Of a stretch of DNA of 53,652 bases, positions 8,115 to 17,585 are shown one piece after another. Under the pieces are notes generated by a model. It saw only the letters and a program-made list of their open reading frames with translations, was not told the DNA's origin and searched no databases. The position numbers and the translations under genes were made by a program. The stretch comes from Nitrososphaerota archaeon. Lineage in GTDB: Archaea; Thermoproteota; Nitrososphaeria; Nitrososphaerales; Nitrosopumilaceae. The stretch's first letter is position 1; each line of letters opens with the position of its first letter. The stretch is taken from positions 1-53,652 of the forward strand of contig JBQTIK010000037.1 in assembly GCA_052388195.1 (NCBI GenBank). Reading direction: 5' to 3'.

Positions 8115-8581
8115 ACTGTAATTTTAGGTGTAGAGTAATAGCTACGCTTTTCTTGTGAATCTTTTTGGAGTTCTCTATAAAAGGCCATGTTTGCTAGTAC
8201 TTTTGAGACATCGAGAGGTCTTGCAGCCCAGCCATATTCATAAAGCTGTGCTACAACTTCTGATACTGTTCGTGGTTGTTCAAAAAAAGAATCTCGTACA
8301 AGTATGTGTATCTTACTTCTAATCTGACTTTCGTGTAGTGATATTGGTTGGGTAAATTCCGGTTCATGAATTTCGGCATCTTCAAGCGAGTTTAGGTAAT
8401 TCGTATTGGGTCCATAGGTTTGTTCGTAGGAATGAATGTTTCCAGATACGCTTCCCTTATTGTCTGCTACGAACCTAGATAGGTTGCCTATAACTTCATC
8501 TACGCTGTGGTTATCTACGTAAAAGTCCTTAGATTCTACCTCGATCTCGTTTGGGCCGAATTTTAGTCTGATTTTGGCCAT
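8111..8581 (-). CDS. Hypothetical protein (possible C-terminal winged-helix)
   Basis: 156-aa ORF with protein-like composition. I recognised no family motif. Confidence 0.55.
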   Translation of the reverse strand: MAKIRLKFGPNEIEVESKDFYVDNHSVDEVIGNLSRFVADNKGSVSGNIHSYEQTYGPNTNYLNSLEDAEIHEPEFTQPISLHESQIRSKIHILVRDSFFEQPRTVSEVVAQLYEYGWAARPLDVSKVLANMAFYRELQKDSQEKRSYYSTPKITV

Positions 8582-8717
8582 TTCACATGCTCATTTGTAT
8601 ATTTTCATTTATCCTACTAGCTCTAAGCTACTTAGAAAATTGATCAAAACTTTTACACACATAATTTGGTTTTTTTTCCTAAATGGACTAAAAAGGGATT
8701 TTAGTAATCTAAATCTA

Positions 8718-9182
8718 GTGCAAAGAAAATCCAAAATAGCAATTATAATAGTAGGAATTATTGGGGTGTTTGCTTTTTCTCAATATGCTGCCGCAACACA
8801 GCTTCATGTATCTATGAAAAATAGCGAAATAGTTGAAAGAACTGATGCAGGTACACTTTACCAAATAAACCTAGAATTTGAAAACCCATCACTTATGATT
8901 CTAAATGTAGGAAAAACGGACTTTTTAATATCCGCTGAAGGCGAGAATCTGGGCGCAGGAATATTAGATCCAACTATAATACCTGCGATGGATAAGATCA
9001 TGGTGGAAACACCATTTCTTGCTGATAATGTAATTCTTGATAAATATGAAAAAAGTGATAATACACCTGCACTGAAACTTGCTGGGATAAGTAGATACAA
9101 TTTATGGTTCACTTCACTTGACATTCCGTTTACATATTATCCAACACAAGAAGAAGCCAGCGAATTTATACACGGTAAATAA
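8718..9182 (+). CDS. Membrane-anchored LEA_2-like protein (paralogue of 2162..2659)
   Basis: The track ORF starts at 8574, but its first 48 codons look like translated AT-rich spacer. An in-frame GTG at 8718 precedes the TM helix IAIIIVGIIGVFAF. YQINLEFENPSLMILNVGKTDFLISAEGENLGAG parallels the other LEA_2-like gene. Confidence 0.5.
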   Translation: MQRKSKIAIIIVGIIGVFAFSQYAAATQLHVSMKNSEIVERTDAGTLYQINLEFENPSLMILNVGKTDFLISAEGENLGAGILDPTIIPAMDKIMVETPFLADNVILDKYEKSDNTPALKLAGISRYNLWFTSLDIPFTYYPTQEEASEFIHGK

Positions 9183-9194
9183 AACCAGCAAAAC

Positions 9195-10088
9195 ATGCTG
9201 ACTATTTTTGGTTCAGTGGCTTTAGATACTATAAGAACATCTACAAAGGTTTTAAAAAATGTACTTGGTGGTGCTGCTACTTTTGCAGCAATTTCAGCAA
9301 GTTACTTTGTAAAACCCGGGATGATAGCTGTAATAGGTCAGGACTTTCCAAAAAGTTATTACAACATTTTAAACAAGTTTATCGATTTAAAGGGACTTGT
9401 TCGCGAAAATGGAAAGACTTTCAGATATGATGGAAGTTACGATGAGACGCTAAGTCATAGAACAACAAACAAAACAGAACTTAATGTTCTTGCTAACTTT
9501 AGACCAAAAGTTCCAGAAGAATACAAAAGATCTGAATTTGTTTATCTTGCAAATAATGATCCTGTACAGAACACTAAAATCATAGATGAGTTTGATGGGA
9601 TCAAATTTTCTATGTGTGATACAATTGATTTTTGGATCTCGACAAAAAGAAGTGATGTCATAAAAATGATACGAAAGGTGGATTCAGTTGTGATAAACGA
9701 TGAAGAGGCAAAGCTTCTGACCAAGACTCAGAACTTGATAAAATGTGCTAAAAAAATAATGGAGTGGGGTACAAAATATGTAATCATAAAGAAAGGCGAG
9801 CATGGATCACTTCTTTTCTACGAAGATGTAGTCTTTCCTTCGCCCGCATTTTCTATGGAAAATATTGTGGATCCAACAGGTGCAGGAGATTCCTTTGCTG
9901 GTGGTATGATTGGTTATCTAGCACATAAGAACAACACAAGGATCTCAACCATTCGAGAAGCTGCTGTATATGGAAACATAATGGGATCCTTTGCTGTAGA
10001 AGAGTATGGCATAGATGGCATAACTAAGCTGAAAAAATCCGAGATTCAAAAAAGATTTAATCAATACAAGAATATGGTTCGCTTCTAA
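9195..10088 (+). CDS. PfkB-family carbohydrate/nucleoside kinase
   Basis: GSVALDT at the N-terminus and DPTGAGDSFAGG near the C-terminus (PfkB signature 2). Confidence 0.85.
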   Translation: MLTIFGSVALDTIRTSTKVLKNVLGGAATFAAISASYFVKPGMIAVIGQDFPKSYYNILNKFIDLKGLVRENGKTFRYDGSYDETLSHRTTNKTELNVLANFRPKVPEEYKRSEFVYLANNDPVQNTKIIDEFDGIKFSMCDTIDFWISTKRSDVIKMIRKVDSVVINDEEAKLLTKTQNLIKCAKKIMEWGTKYVIIKKGEHGSLLFYEDVVFPSPAFSMENIVDPTGAGDSFAGGMIGYLAHKNNTRISTIREAAVYGNIMGSFAVEEYGIDGITKLKKSEIQKRFNQYKNMVRF

Positions 10089-10122
10089 CAAAGGTTATAG
10101 ATATCAAACCAAAATCAAACCC

Positions 10123-10455
10123 ATGGAAGACAGACTAGAATCCATCTTCAAGATGCAAAAAAGCCTTGAAAGAATGATGAATCTTGATAGATATCCAAAA
10201 GATGTTGAAGGAAAAATATCTGCTCTTTGTACAGCAATAATACATGAAGCTGTAGAACTGCAACGTACAACAAACTGGAAATGGTGGAAAAAACCAATTG
10301 CTTTTGATAAAGATGCTGCTCGTGAGGAGCTAATTGACATATGGCATTTTGTTATTCAGGCATCACTTGAATTGAATCTGACACCTGATGACATCTTAAA
10401 AGAATATCAAAAGAAAAATCAGATTAATCAAGAAAGACAGCGAAATGGCTACTAG
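10123..10455 (+). CDS. All-alpha NTP pyrophosphatase, dimeric dUTPase-like
   Basis: IHEAVELQRTTNWKWWKK...EELIDIWHFVIQ resembles the dUTPase_2/MazG-like metal-binding helices. Confidence 0.6.
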   Translation: MEDRLESIFKMQKSLERMMNLDRYPKDVEGKISALCTAIIHEAVELQRTTNWKWWKKPIAFDKDAAREELIDIWHFVIQASLELNLTPDDILKEYQKKNQINQERQRNGY

Positions 10456-10465
10456 AATTGTATTA

Positions 10466-10930
10466 TTAAATCAAGAGTTTGATTTCTGATATACTGGTTT
10501 CACCTATTTTGTTGACGAGTTTGACTTGTCTTTGAAACTCATCAATTTGAGATTGTGTTAGTGTTAACACTGGATCAGGACTAGATGAGCCAATTATTCT
10601 TCCTTCATTGTCTACTCCATTTTTATATAAATTAAGAAGGGAGTGACCTGGTCTATGACCATGAGTATCTTGTCCACAAATGAAAATGGTCTTTATGTTT
10701 TTGTTTGATATTATGTATTTAACTAATGAATCAATTCCCTTGTTCTCGGAAAGTAGTCTTCCTGCCACAGCAATTTTTAACATAAGACTTGAGGCTGCAA
10801 TCTCTTTTAGTAGTTTCATACTAGATAGAGTGCACACAGCAATTGAAGAATTAGGATTTCCAAAAAATGTTTCTTCATTAATTGGGAAAAGTACCTTACA
10901 TATTTCGCCAGCAATATTTCCTAGATTCAT
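10466..10930 (-). CDS. MtrA-like protein (tetrahydromethanopterin S-methyltransferase subunit A family, short form)
   Basis: GNPNSSIAVCTLSS and NIKTIFICGQDTHGHRPGHSLLNLYKNGVDNEGRIIGSSSPDP match conserved MtrA blocks. At 154 aa it has no C-terminal TM helix. Confidence 0.7.
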   Translation of the reverse strand: MNLGNIAGEICKVLFPINEETFFGNPNSSIAVCTLSSMKLLKEIAASSLMLKIAVAGRLLSENKGIDSLVKYIISNKNIKTIFICGQDTHGHRPGHSLLNLYKNGVDNEGRIIGSSSPDPVLTLTQSQIDEFQRQVKLVNKIGETSISEIKLLI

Positions 10931-12015
10931 CCTTTAACAGCCTGTTTTACTATCTGCACAATTTGGTAGAGATTTTGTTTTCTTACAAGTGGATGCACTG
11001 GTAAGCTAAGAACATGCGAAGCTGCCCATTCAGTGACAGACAGTCTTGATTTGTTATTATAAAAAGGTGTTTTGTGTACGGGAATTGAATAGTACGCTGT
11101 GGCACCTATTCCTTTAGAGTTCAGTCTTTTCATTATTTTGTTTCTATCTTTAGTAGCTATTGTATAAAGATACCAATTCACCTTTTCTCCCTTTCTTTCA
11201 TGAGGAATTATGATATTCAAATCTGACAAAAGTTCATTTAGAATTTTAGCATTTTTTCGTCTCTGACTTAGGAACTTAGTTAGCTTTTTCATCTGTATTT
11301 TTGCTATTGCCGCATTGATTTCAGGCAGCCTCAAGTTCAGACCAAGAAGTCTAGTATCATAACCATGTAGCATGCCATGGTTTCTTATCTTACGAAGCTT
11401 TTCGAATATCTTTTTATTATTTGTAACAATGGCACCACCTTCACCGGATGTTACTACCTTTGCAGCATACATGCTAAAGCAACCAAGTTTAGAAAAGGTT
11501 CCAGAGTGTTTTCCTTTGTAGGTAGAGCCAAGAGATTGTGCTGAATCTTCAATTATTTCCAGATTGTGTTTGTTAGCAATCTCAGAAATTTCGTCCATGT
11601 AAGCCATATTCCCATACAGATGTACTGGGATTATTACCTTGGATTTTCTTGTAATTTTTTTTCGTAGATCATTAGGATCCATAGTATAGTTTTGTTTTAG
11701 AATGTCAACAAAGGCTGGTTTTGCGCCAACCGATACTATTGCATTGGCAGTTGCAACAAAAGTAAATGATGGAAGGAGTACTTCGTCTCCTTTTTTAAGA
11801 TCAAGCGCATAAAGTGCTGCTTGTAATGCAGCGGTACCAGAGTTTACTGCTACTGCATATCTTGATTTGACAAATGAAGAAAGGAGTTTCTCAAACTCTT
11901 GAACGCGTCTGCCACCAGCGTTTTCAGCTGAAGTAAGTGATTTTTCTAAAAGAACTGACCGGACTTCATCTATTTCCTCCTTACCAATAAGTGAAATATT
12001 TATTGGAATTTTCAA
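10927..12015 (-). CDS. DegT/DnrJ/EryC1/StrS-family sugar aminotransferase
   Basis: AVNSGTAALQAAL...SFTFVATANA...SMYAAKVVTSGEGGAI (PLP-Lys region). TTG start; its stop overlaps the MtrA-like start by 4 nt. Confidence 0.9.
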   Translation of the reverse strand: MKIPINISLIGKEEIDEVRSVLLEKSLTSAENAGGRRVQEFEKLLSSFVKSRYAVAVNSGTAALQAALYALDLKKGDEVLLPSFTFVATANAIVSVGAKPAFVDILKQNYTMDPNDLRKKITRKSKVIIPVHLYGNMAYMDEISEIANKHNLEIIEDSAQSLGSTYKGKHSGTFSKLGCFSMYAAKVVTSGEGGAIVTNNKKIFEKLRKIRNHGMLHGYDTRLLGLNLRLPEINAAIAKIQMKKLTKFLSQRRKNAKILNELLSDLNIIIPHERKGEKVNWYLYTIATKDRNKIMKRLNSKGIGATAYYSIPVHKTPFYNNKSRLSVTEWAASHVLSLPVHPLVRKQNLYQIVQIVKQAVKG

Positions 12016-12106
12016 GTATCAGTTGGTGATTATAAATACTCTAATAAACCTCTTTAATTTCACCAAAACCAATTTTTATATTTTAGTGGTAATGAATCGG
12101 AATTAA

Positions 12107-12670
12107 ATGAAAGTCCACTTACAGGAACATGAAGCTGGGTATAAGATATTTTTGTATATTTTCTACGCCTGTGCCATCATAATGGCATCCATAACTGCGT
12201 TTGGAATTTATGCAATGCTTGAAGAATGGTCAGAGAAGGGAACGTATGTTTTAGGAGAAGTATTAGTAAAAACTGAATTTCCTTACAAACACTTTGCCAA
12301 GCTGACAACCTGGCTATTCTTCTCTTCTGTAGTGGGATGGTATTGTGTAACAAGGATTGGATGGAAAAAAACTACTCATCTTTCTTCTTGGAAGATGTCA
12401 CTTGTTCAGCTAATGCTTGTTGGATTTGCTACAATTTGCCTTTATGAAGTAATGTATAATTTCACAGTCCTTAATGCACAGATTACTGCAGGCATTGTAG
12501 ACGGCAAAGTTCCTGACATAGATTCGCTCACAATTGCATATCCAGATCCTACAAGACCTTGGAATTTGGTTTTTGCGACAAAGGTATTCCTTGCTGCACT
12601 AATCATAAGTTTACATGCGCTTTATCTTAGCACAAGACCAAGGAAACAAGAACACGAACTTAATGCGTAA
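12107..12670 (+). CDS. Integral membrane protein, unknown function
   Basis: About 4-5 predicted TM helices. No motif recognised. Confidence 0.55.
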   Translation: MKVHLQEHEAGYKIFLYIFYACAIIMASITAFGIYAMLEEWSEKGTYVLGEVLVKTEFPYKHFAKLTTWLFFSSVVGWYCVTRIGWKKTTHLSSWKMSLVQLMLVGFATICLYEVMYNFTVLNAQITAGIVDGKVPDIDSLTIAYPDPTRPWNLVFATKVFLAALIISLHALYLSTRPRKQEHELNA

Positions 12671-12704
12671 CTTTATAGGCTTACAAAGGAAAATCTGATT
12701 CGAG

Positions 12705-13754
12705 TTGGATGTTACAGAAAAAATTGCTCTTATCACAAAAGATCCTACTGAAGAAGTGGTCACAAGTGAAGAGCTTGTAAATCTTTTCAATACAAATGCA
12801 CACCCAAAACACTACATAGGACTAGAAATTTCTGGTTTTTTGCATCTGGGGAGTCTAATACTTACTTGTTTTAAGATCAACGATTTTATGAAAGCTGGTG
12901 TGCACTGTACTGTTTTTTTGGCAGATTGGCACACTTTTATCAATGATAAGCTAGGAGGCAATTTGGAAACAATAAAGAAAGTTTCTGAATATTATACTAA
13001 TGCATTTAAGTTTCTCTGCCCTGGCATAGAAATACTGCAGGGTTCAAAGCTTTACGAATCAAGAGGAGAGTACTGGACTGAGCTAATACAGTTTGCAAAG
13101 CATATGTCTCTTCCACGTGCAATGAGAACACTTACAATCATGGGAAGATCTGAAAAAGATAAGCTTGACTTGGCTCAGATGCTTTATGCACCAATGCAGG
13201 CAGTAGATATTCACACTATGGAACTAGACATAGTTCACGCCGGAATGGACCAGAGAAAGATACACATGCTTGTAAGAGAAGTTTTTCCAAAAATGAAATG
13301 GAAGGTGCCAGTAGCCATACATCATCATCTTCTTCCTGGGTTATCCGAACCAGAACTTACTTCTGATGAGGATTCTAAAATTTCAAGCAAGATGAGCAAA
13401 ACAAAACCCAGTTCTGGCATATTTATTCATGACACTGATGAAGAGATACAATCTAAGATCAAAAAGGCGTGGTGCCCAGAAGGGATTATAGAAAACAATC
13501 CATTACTTGAGATTTCCAAATATGTGATTTTTCATGAATTTAAGGAAATTTTGGTTGAGAGGTCTCCAAAGTTTGGTGGAAATGTTTCATACACTAGTTA
13601 CTCCCAGCTAGAATCAGATTTTGCACAAAAAAGACTACATCCTTCAGATCTCAAAAAGGCAGTTGAAACATATCTAATTAAGATAATTTTGCCTATAAGA
13701 AAAAGTGTTATCTTAAAAGATGAAATTTTAGAAGCAATAAAGAGATCTAGTTAA
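12705..13754 (+). CDS. tyrS: Tyrosyl-tRNA synthetase (archaeal type)
   Basis: Collinear by eye with M. jannaschii TyrRS: YIGLEISGFLHLGS (HIGH region), GMDQRKIHML, KMSKT (KMSKS), KKAWCPEG, FGGNVSY. TTG start. Confidence 0.9.
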   Translation: MDVTEKIALITKDPTEEVVTSEELVNLFNTNAHPKHYIGLEISGFLHLGSLILTCFKINDFMKAGVHCTVFLADWHTFINDKLGGNLETIKKVSEYYTNAFKFLCPGIEILQGSKLYESRGEYWTELIQFAKHMSLPRAMRTLTIMGRSEKDKLDLAQMLYAPMQAVDIHTMELDIVHAGMDQRKIHMLVREVFPKMKWKVPVAIHHHLLPGLSEPELTSDEDSKISSKMSKTKPSSGIFIHDTDEEIQSKIKKAWCPEGIIENNPLLEISKYVIFHEFKEILVERSPKFGGNVSYTSYSQLESDFAQKRLHPSDLKKAVETYLIKIILPIRKSVILKDEILEAIKRSS

Positions 13755-13756
13755 GC

Positions 13757-14554
13757 TTAGGTCGTACTTTTTTTGTTTGTTTGAGGAGAGACTATATTGT
13801 ATTTGGATGTATAGCCGCGTGGGTTTATCATCATATCATTGTATCTAAAAGTGGAAGAATTGCCAATAATTACTGTACTGATCATACCAAGCTTGTCAGA
13901 GTGGCTTTCCAAGTTTTCTAGATCAGTAAGTACTATTTCTTGAGATTCTCTATATGCTCCTTTTATTATTGCAACCGGTGTGGTAGGAGATCTGTATTTT
14001 AATAAAATTTTTCTTGTGTCTTGAAGTTGATGAATTCTTTTCTTACTTGAGGGATTGTAAATAACTATAACAAAGTCACCTTGTGCAGCTGCTTCTACTC
14101 TCTTTACTATGATTTCCCATGGAACCAACAAGTCACTCATACTTAAAACAGCAAAATCTGTCATGAGTGGAGAACCTACTAGTGCAGCACAGGAGTTAAG
14201 TGAAGATACTCCTGGTACAACCTCAACATATAACCCGTCTTTTCTATCCCAACCTGTTTCTGCAAGGATTTCGTAGATGAGTCCTGCCATGCCGTATATT
14301 CCCGGATCCCCACTTGAGACAAGAGAAACTATCTTGCCTGCTTTAGCAAGATCTATAGCTTGATGTGCTCGTTCTACCTCTTGGGTCATTGCATACCTAT
14401 AGACTTCCTTTCCTTCGATAAGATCAGCTACCAAGTCAACATAGGTTTCATATCCTACAACTGTATCACTTTCTTCAATTACTTGTTTTGCACGAAAAGT
14501 CATGTGATCGTGATGACCTGGTCCAACTCCAACTATGTATAATTTTCCAGGCAT
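13757..14554 (-). CDS. cbiH: Precorrin-3B / cobalt-factor III C17-methyltransferase (CbiH/CobJ)
   Basis: LYIVGVGPGHHDHMTFRA...VVGYETYV...VSSGDPGIYGMA are tetrapyrrole methylase motifs in the CbiH arrangement. Confidence 0.8.
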   Translation of the reverse strand: MPGKLYIVGVGPGHHDHMTFRAKQVIEESDTVVGYETYVDLVADLIEGKEVYRYAMTQEVERAHQAIDLAKAGKIVSLVSSGDPGIYGMAGLIYEILAETGWDRKDGLYVEVVPGVSSLNSCAALVGSPLMTDFAVLSMSDLLVPWEIIVKRVEAAAQGDFVIVIYNPSSKKRIHQLQDTRKILLKYRSPTTPVAIIKGAYRESQEIVLTDLENLESHSDKLGMISTVIIGNSSTFRYNDMMINPRGYTSKYNIVSPQTNKKSTT

Positions 14555-14611
14555 TGGGTAATTCTTTTTTTAAGACAATTTATCCGTTTTCAAAGAGAAA
14601 GAAATTCTTGC

Positions 14612-16075
14612 CTATTGGAAGGGATCTATAAACGGACAGTTTACTATGTGATCGCTATTCATTGGTCGTGCCAGTTCTACTGTTATGTCACCAGCTGATT
14701 TCTTTGCATTAATGTCTGCTATTGTTTCAAGAACAGTTGCCTTTGTAGGATCATTCCATGTAATTATGGAGATTCTCCATAATGGGCTGTATGTATCGTC
14801 GCCCGTTGTCGCTGCAGCAATTCCTGGCTGGAATCCCAATGGTCCTGAACCCTTTAAGCCATTGGCAAATTGAAATAGATCTACGGCTGCTGGACTAACT
14901 AGTGTTTTTGCAAGAGTAGGTGCATCTGTTACTCCCATCATACCAGCAGGTCCTGAAGGTGTTGCATCTGTTACGATATAGTATATTGTCCTACCATCTG
15001 GTCCCCAGCCTCTGTGCGCAACAAAAGTAACAATCATCTTTTCAGTGTCTATATCAAGAACTTGTCCTTCTCCATATGGTGTCTCGTCAGTTAGAGTCTT
15101 GTCTTTTTTCACAGACATTTTACCATCAGGCCACACAATCTGCGGCATATTTATGATTACATCGGTGGTCTCAAGTAATACTTTGCCCGCCTTTTGTGCA
15201 TCAAGAATCTCTTGTACAGAGCCTAGAGTCTCAGCCTTATTCTCATTCTTCCATGTCACATTGATCACAGAACGTATAGCACTGTAGTTTTGTGTTTGTG
15301 CAGGTGTACTTGAAAAGACTTCTTCTTGGAATCCATAGGTTCCATTTCCTTTGATGCCATTTTGAAATATGTAGACATCTTCTAGTGCTTCTTTTGGAGT
15401 CTTGCTTAAGGGAGGTGCCATCTCCACTTTCCACTTCTGTTTGTCTGAGATTAGCTTGGCATGTGCCTTATCATTTGTGTCTGTGACAATATAGTAGACA
15501 GGCTTTTCGTCAAAGAAGGCTTTGTGTAATGGAATTTCTGCAGGGACATTTGCTCTTGATAATTTCAAAGATGGTTCCACGATGGGAGTTTCGATTTTCT
15601 TTTCCATTAGTTCAGGCGTTTGCCCTCGCATCCATCCATCTACACTGACCGTTGCAGTGAATTTGTTTGTGTTTTTTGTATGCAGAGCAAGTGCTGCGCC
15701 CGTGAATTCAAAAGAATCCGCACTTGTGCCAGGATCTACAAGTGTCAGACCAAAGACAGTATTACCATCTACTGTCCATGTTGGTTGCCCTTTAGCATCA
15801 TCTTTGTCAATTTCATGAAGAACAACAATCTGAACCGGTTCGCTTGCGGTATATGTCAGCGAACCATCATAAAGAGTACCCATGTTTGGTGACAAGATTA
15901 TTGCAAGTTGATGACCTTCATGGCCTTGAGCGGGGTCCTGCATAGAAGTTAGTGTTTTTGTAAATTGAATCTTTTTTAGTGTCTTTGCATTAGCAACCTC
16001 GTTTACAAGCAGAGGCACAGAAAAGATCGCAGCTACAACAGCAAAAATTGTAATTAGAACTATGTATTTGTTCAT
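14612..16075 (-). CDS. Secreted protein with internally duplicated ~120-aa module, unknown function
   Basis: Signal/TM sequence at the N-terminus. Modules at about aa 192-316 and 364-483 share YYIVTD, AP(P/T)L, F(Q/A)NG(I/L)KG(N/S)G..GFQ, YS.(I/L)..I.(V/I)TW and KA.(T/V)L motifs. Confidence 0.75.
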   Translation of the reverse strand: MNKYIVLITIFAVVAAIFSVPLLVNEVANAKTLKKIQFTKTLTSMQDPAQGHEGHQLAIILSPNMGTLYDGSLTYTASEPVQIVVLHEIDKDDAKGQPTWTVDGNTVFGLTLVDPGTSADSFEFTGAALALHTKNTNKFTATVSVDGWMRGQTPELMEKKIETPIVEPSLKLSRANVPAEIPLHKAFFDEKPVYYIVTDTNDKAHAKLISDKQKWKVEMAPPLSKTPKEALEDVYIFQNGIKGNGTYGFQEEVFSSTPAQTQNYSAIRSVINVTWKNENKAETLGSVQEILDAQKAGKVLLETTDVIINMPQIVWPDGKMSVKKDKTLTDETPYGEGQVLDIDTEKMIVTFVAHRGWGPDGRTIYYIVTDATPSGPAGMMGVTDAPTLAKTLVSPAAVDLFQFANGLKGSGPLGFQPGIAAATTGDDTYSPLWRISIITWNDPTKATVLETIADINAKKSAGDITVELARPMNSDHIVNCPFIDPFQ

Positions 16076-16147
16076 GGCGTCACAATCACTAATTTACATA
16101 AATGTCTTTTTCCAAATTCGTACCAATTTTTGAACTAGTATATGAAA

Positions 16148-17551
16148 TCAATTTATTTTTGCAAGCTCAAATTCATCATGCAGTGCTTGTACAGCGGTAT
16201 TACAATCAGAGTCTTTTACTACAAATGCAAGATTAAGCTCAGATGAACCTTGTGCAATCATAACAACATTAACTCCTTTTTTTGCCACAGCCGCAAATAC
16301 TTTGGAAGCAACGCCGACTGTTCCTCTCATTCCAGAACCAATCAATGCAATTATCGCTACATCAACTGTAACCTCAACCTTCTTGATTATCTTACCCAAC
16401 AAGTTCATTTCAAGTGCATTTACTGCTTTGTCTAGATCGTTCTTTTTTACGATGACGGAGATGCTGGATTCTGAGGGGCTTTGTGAGATCATCATTATGT
16501 TAACTCCTGCTTTTGCTAGAGTAGAAAATATTATAGCTGCAGTGCCAGGCGCTCCTACCATACTTCCGCCTCTAACATCAATTAATCCAGTATGTTTTAT
16601 GGCACTAACGCACTTCACAGTTTTTTGTGTATCAGCGCTTGGAGAAGCACTCACAAGAGTGCCTGTGTTTTTTGTATTAAAAGTACTTTTTATTCTAAGT
16701 GGAATTTTTTTTGCAACCAATGGTTCAAGTGCACGAGGATGGATGTATTTTGCACCAAAGAGAGCCATCTCCATAGCTTCGGTATAAGATACCTCTTTGA
16801 GGACCTTGGCATTTTTTACAATTTTTGGATCAGTTGTCATCAATCCATCGACATCACTCATTAACCAAACCTCATCTGCCTTTATGCTAGAAGCTACTAT
16901 TGTTGCAGTATAATCAGAACCACCTCTGCCAAAGGTAGTGATGTTTCCATGTTGATCGGCACCAGCAAAACCACCTATGACAGGTATGGTTTTTTTTGCC
17001 AAGAGCGATTCTATTGTATGAGATACACGAAGTCTTGTTGTATCCATAAGTGGCTTAGACTCTCCAAAATTTGAATCTGTCACCATGCCTACGTCTTTGC
17101 CTGTAAGTGCTTGAGCCTTAGAACCCAAATCACGCAATACAAAAGCAATCAGATTGATAGACAGTCTCTCACCAAATGATATGAGATAATCAGAGGAACG
17201 AGGAGTTACCTCACCTAGTAAAAGCATCCCATGAGACAATTCTTCCAGCTCAGAAAGGTCATTTTTCATCTTCTCAATCAGCTCCTTTTTTATTTTCGAA
17301 TTTTTGACGCATCCATTTGCTATCTGCATGTGGTTTTTGATGATTTTTTTTGTTAGATTATTTGCAGCATCTTTATTGCCCTTTTGAATTAGAGTAGAGA
17401 TTCGTATTAGATCATCTGTCACACCACTTATTGCAGAAAAGACAGAAATTATCTTGTATTGTTTTGATAATGAATGGATAAGCTTGGCAACATGTCTAAT
17501 ATTAGCAACAGAGGAAATTGATGTTCCGCCAAACTTCAATACAAGTTTCAA
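16148..17551 (-). CDS. lysC: Aspartate kinase
   Basis: KFGGTSI N-terminus, GRGGSDYTA motif, and two C-terminal ACT-like repeats (ISVIV...AVNAL; LAFVV...AVQALH). Confidence 0.92.
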   Translation of the reverse strand: MKLVLKFGGTSISSVANIRHVAKLIHSLSKQYKIISVFSAISGVTDDLIRISTLIQKGNKDAANNLTKKIIKNHMQIANGCVKNSKIKKELIEKMKNDLSELEELSHGMLLLGEVTPRSSDYLISFGERLSINLIAFVLRDLGSKAQALTGKDVGMVTDSNFGESKPLMDTTRLRVSHTIESLLAKKTIPVIGGFAGADQHGNITTFGRGGSDYTATIVASSIKADEVWLMSDVDGLMTTDPKIVKNAKVLKEVSYTEAMEMALFGAKYIHPRALEPLVAKKIPLRIKSTFNTKNTGTLVSASPSADTQKTVKCVSAIKHTGLIDVRGGSMVGAPGTAAIIFSTLAKAGVNIMMISQSPSESSISVIVKKNDLDKAVNALEMNLLGKIIKKVEVTVDVAIIALIGSGMRGTVGVASKVFAAVAKKGVNVVMIAQGSSELNLAFVVKDSDCNTAVQALHDEFELAKIN

Positions 17552-17585
17552 TTCAGTATACCTGTCTTGATTGTCCTTAAATGCT

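Noticed and set aside
8574-8717. N-terminal 48 codons of track ORF 8574..9182
   Set aside because: The translation (MAISHAHLYIFIYPTSSKLLRKLIKTFTHIIWFFF...) looks like AT-rich spacer and overlaps the divergent gene start. An in-frame GTG at 8718 precedes the TM helix.
16302-16787. 161-aa + strand ORF (and neighbours 16250..16435 and 16592..16864) inside aspartokinase
   Set aside because: These are antisense shadow ORFs within a confidently identified gene.
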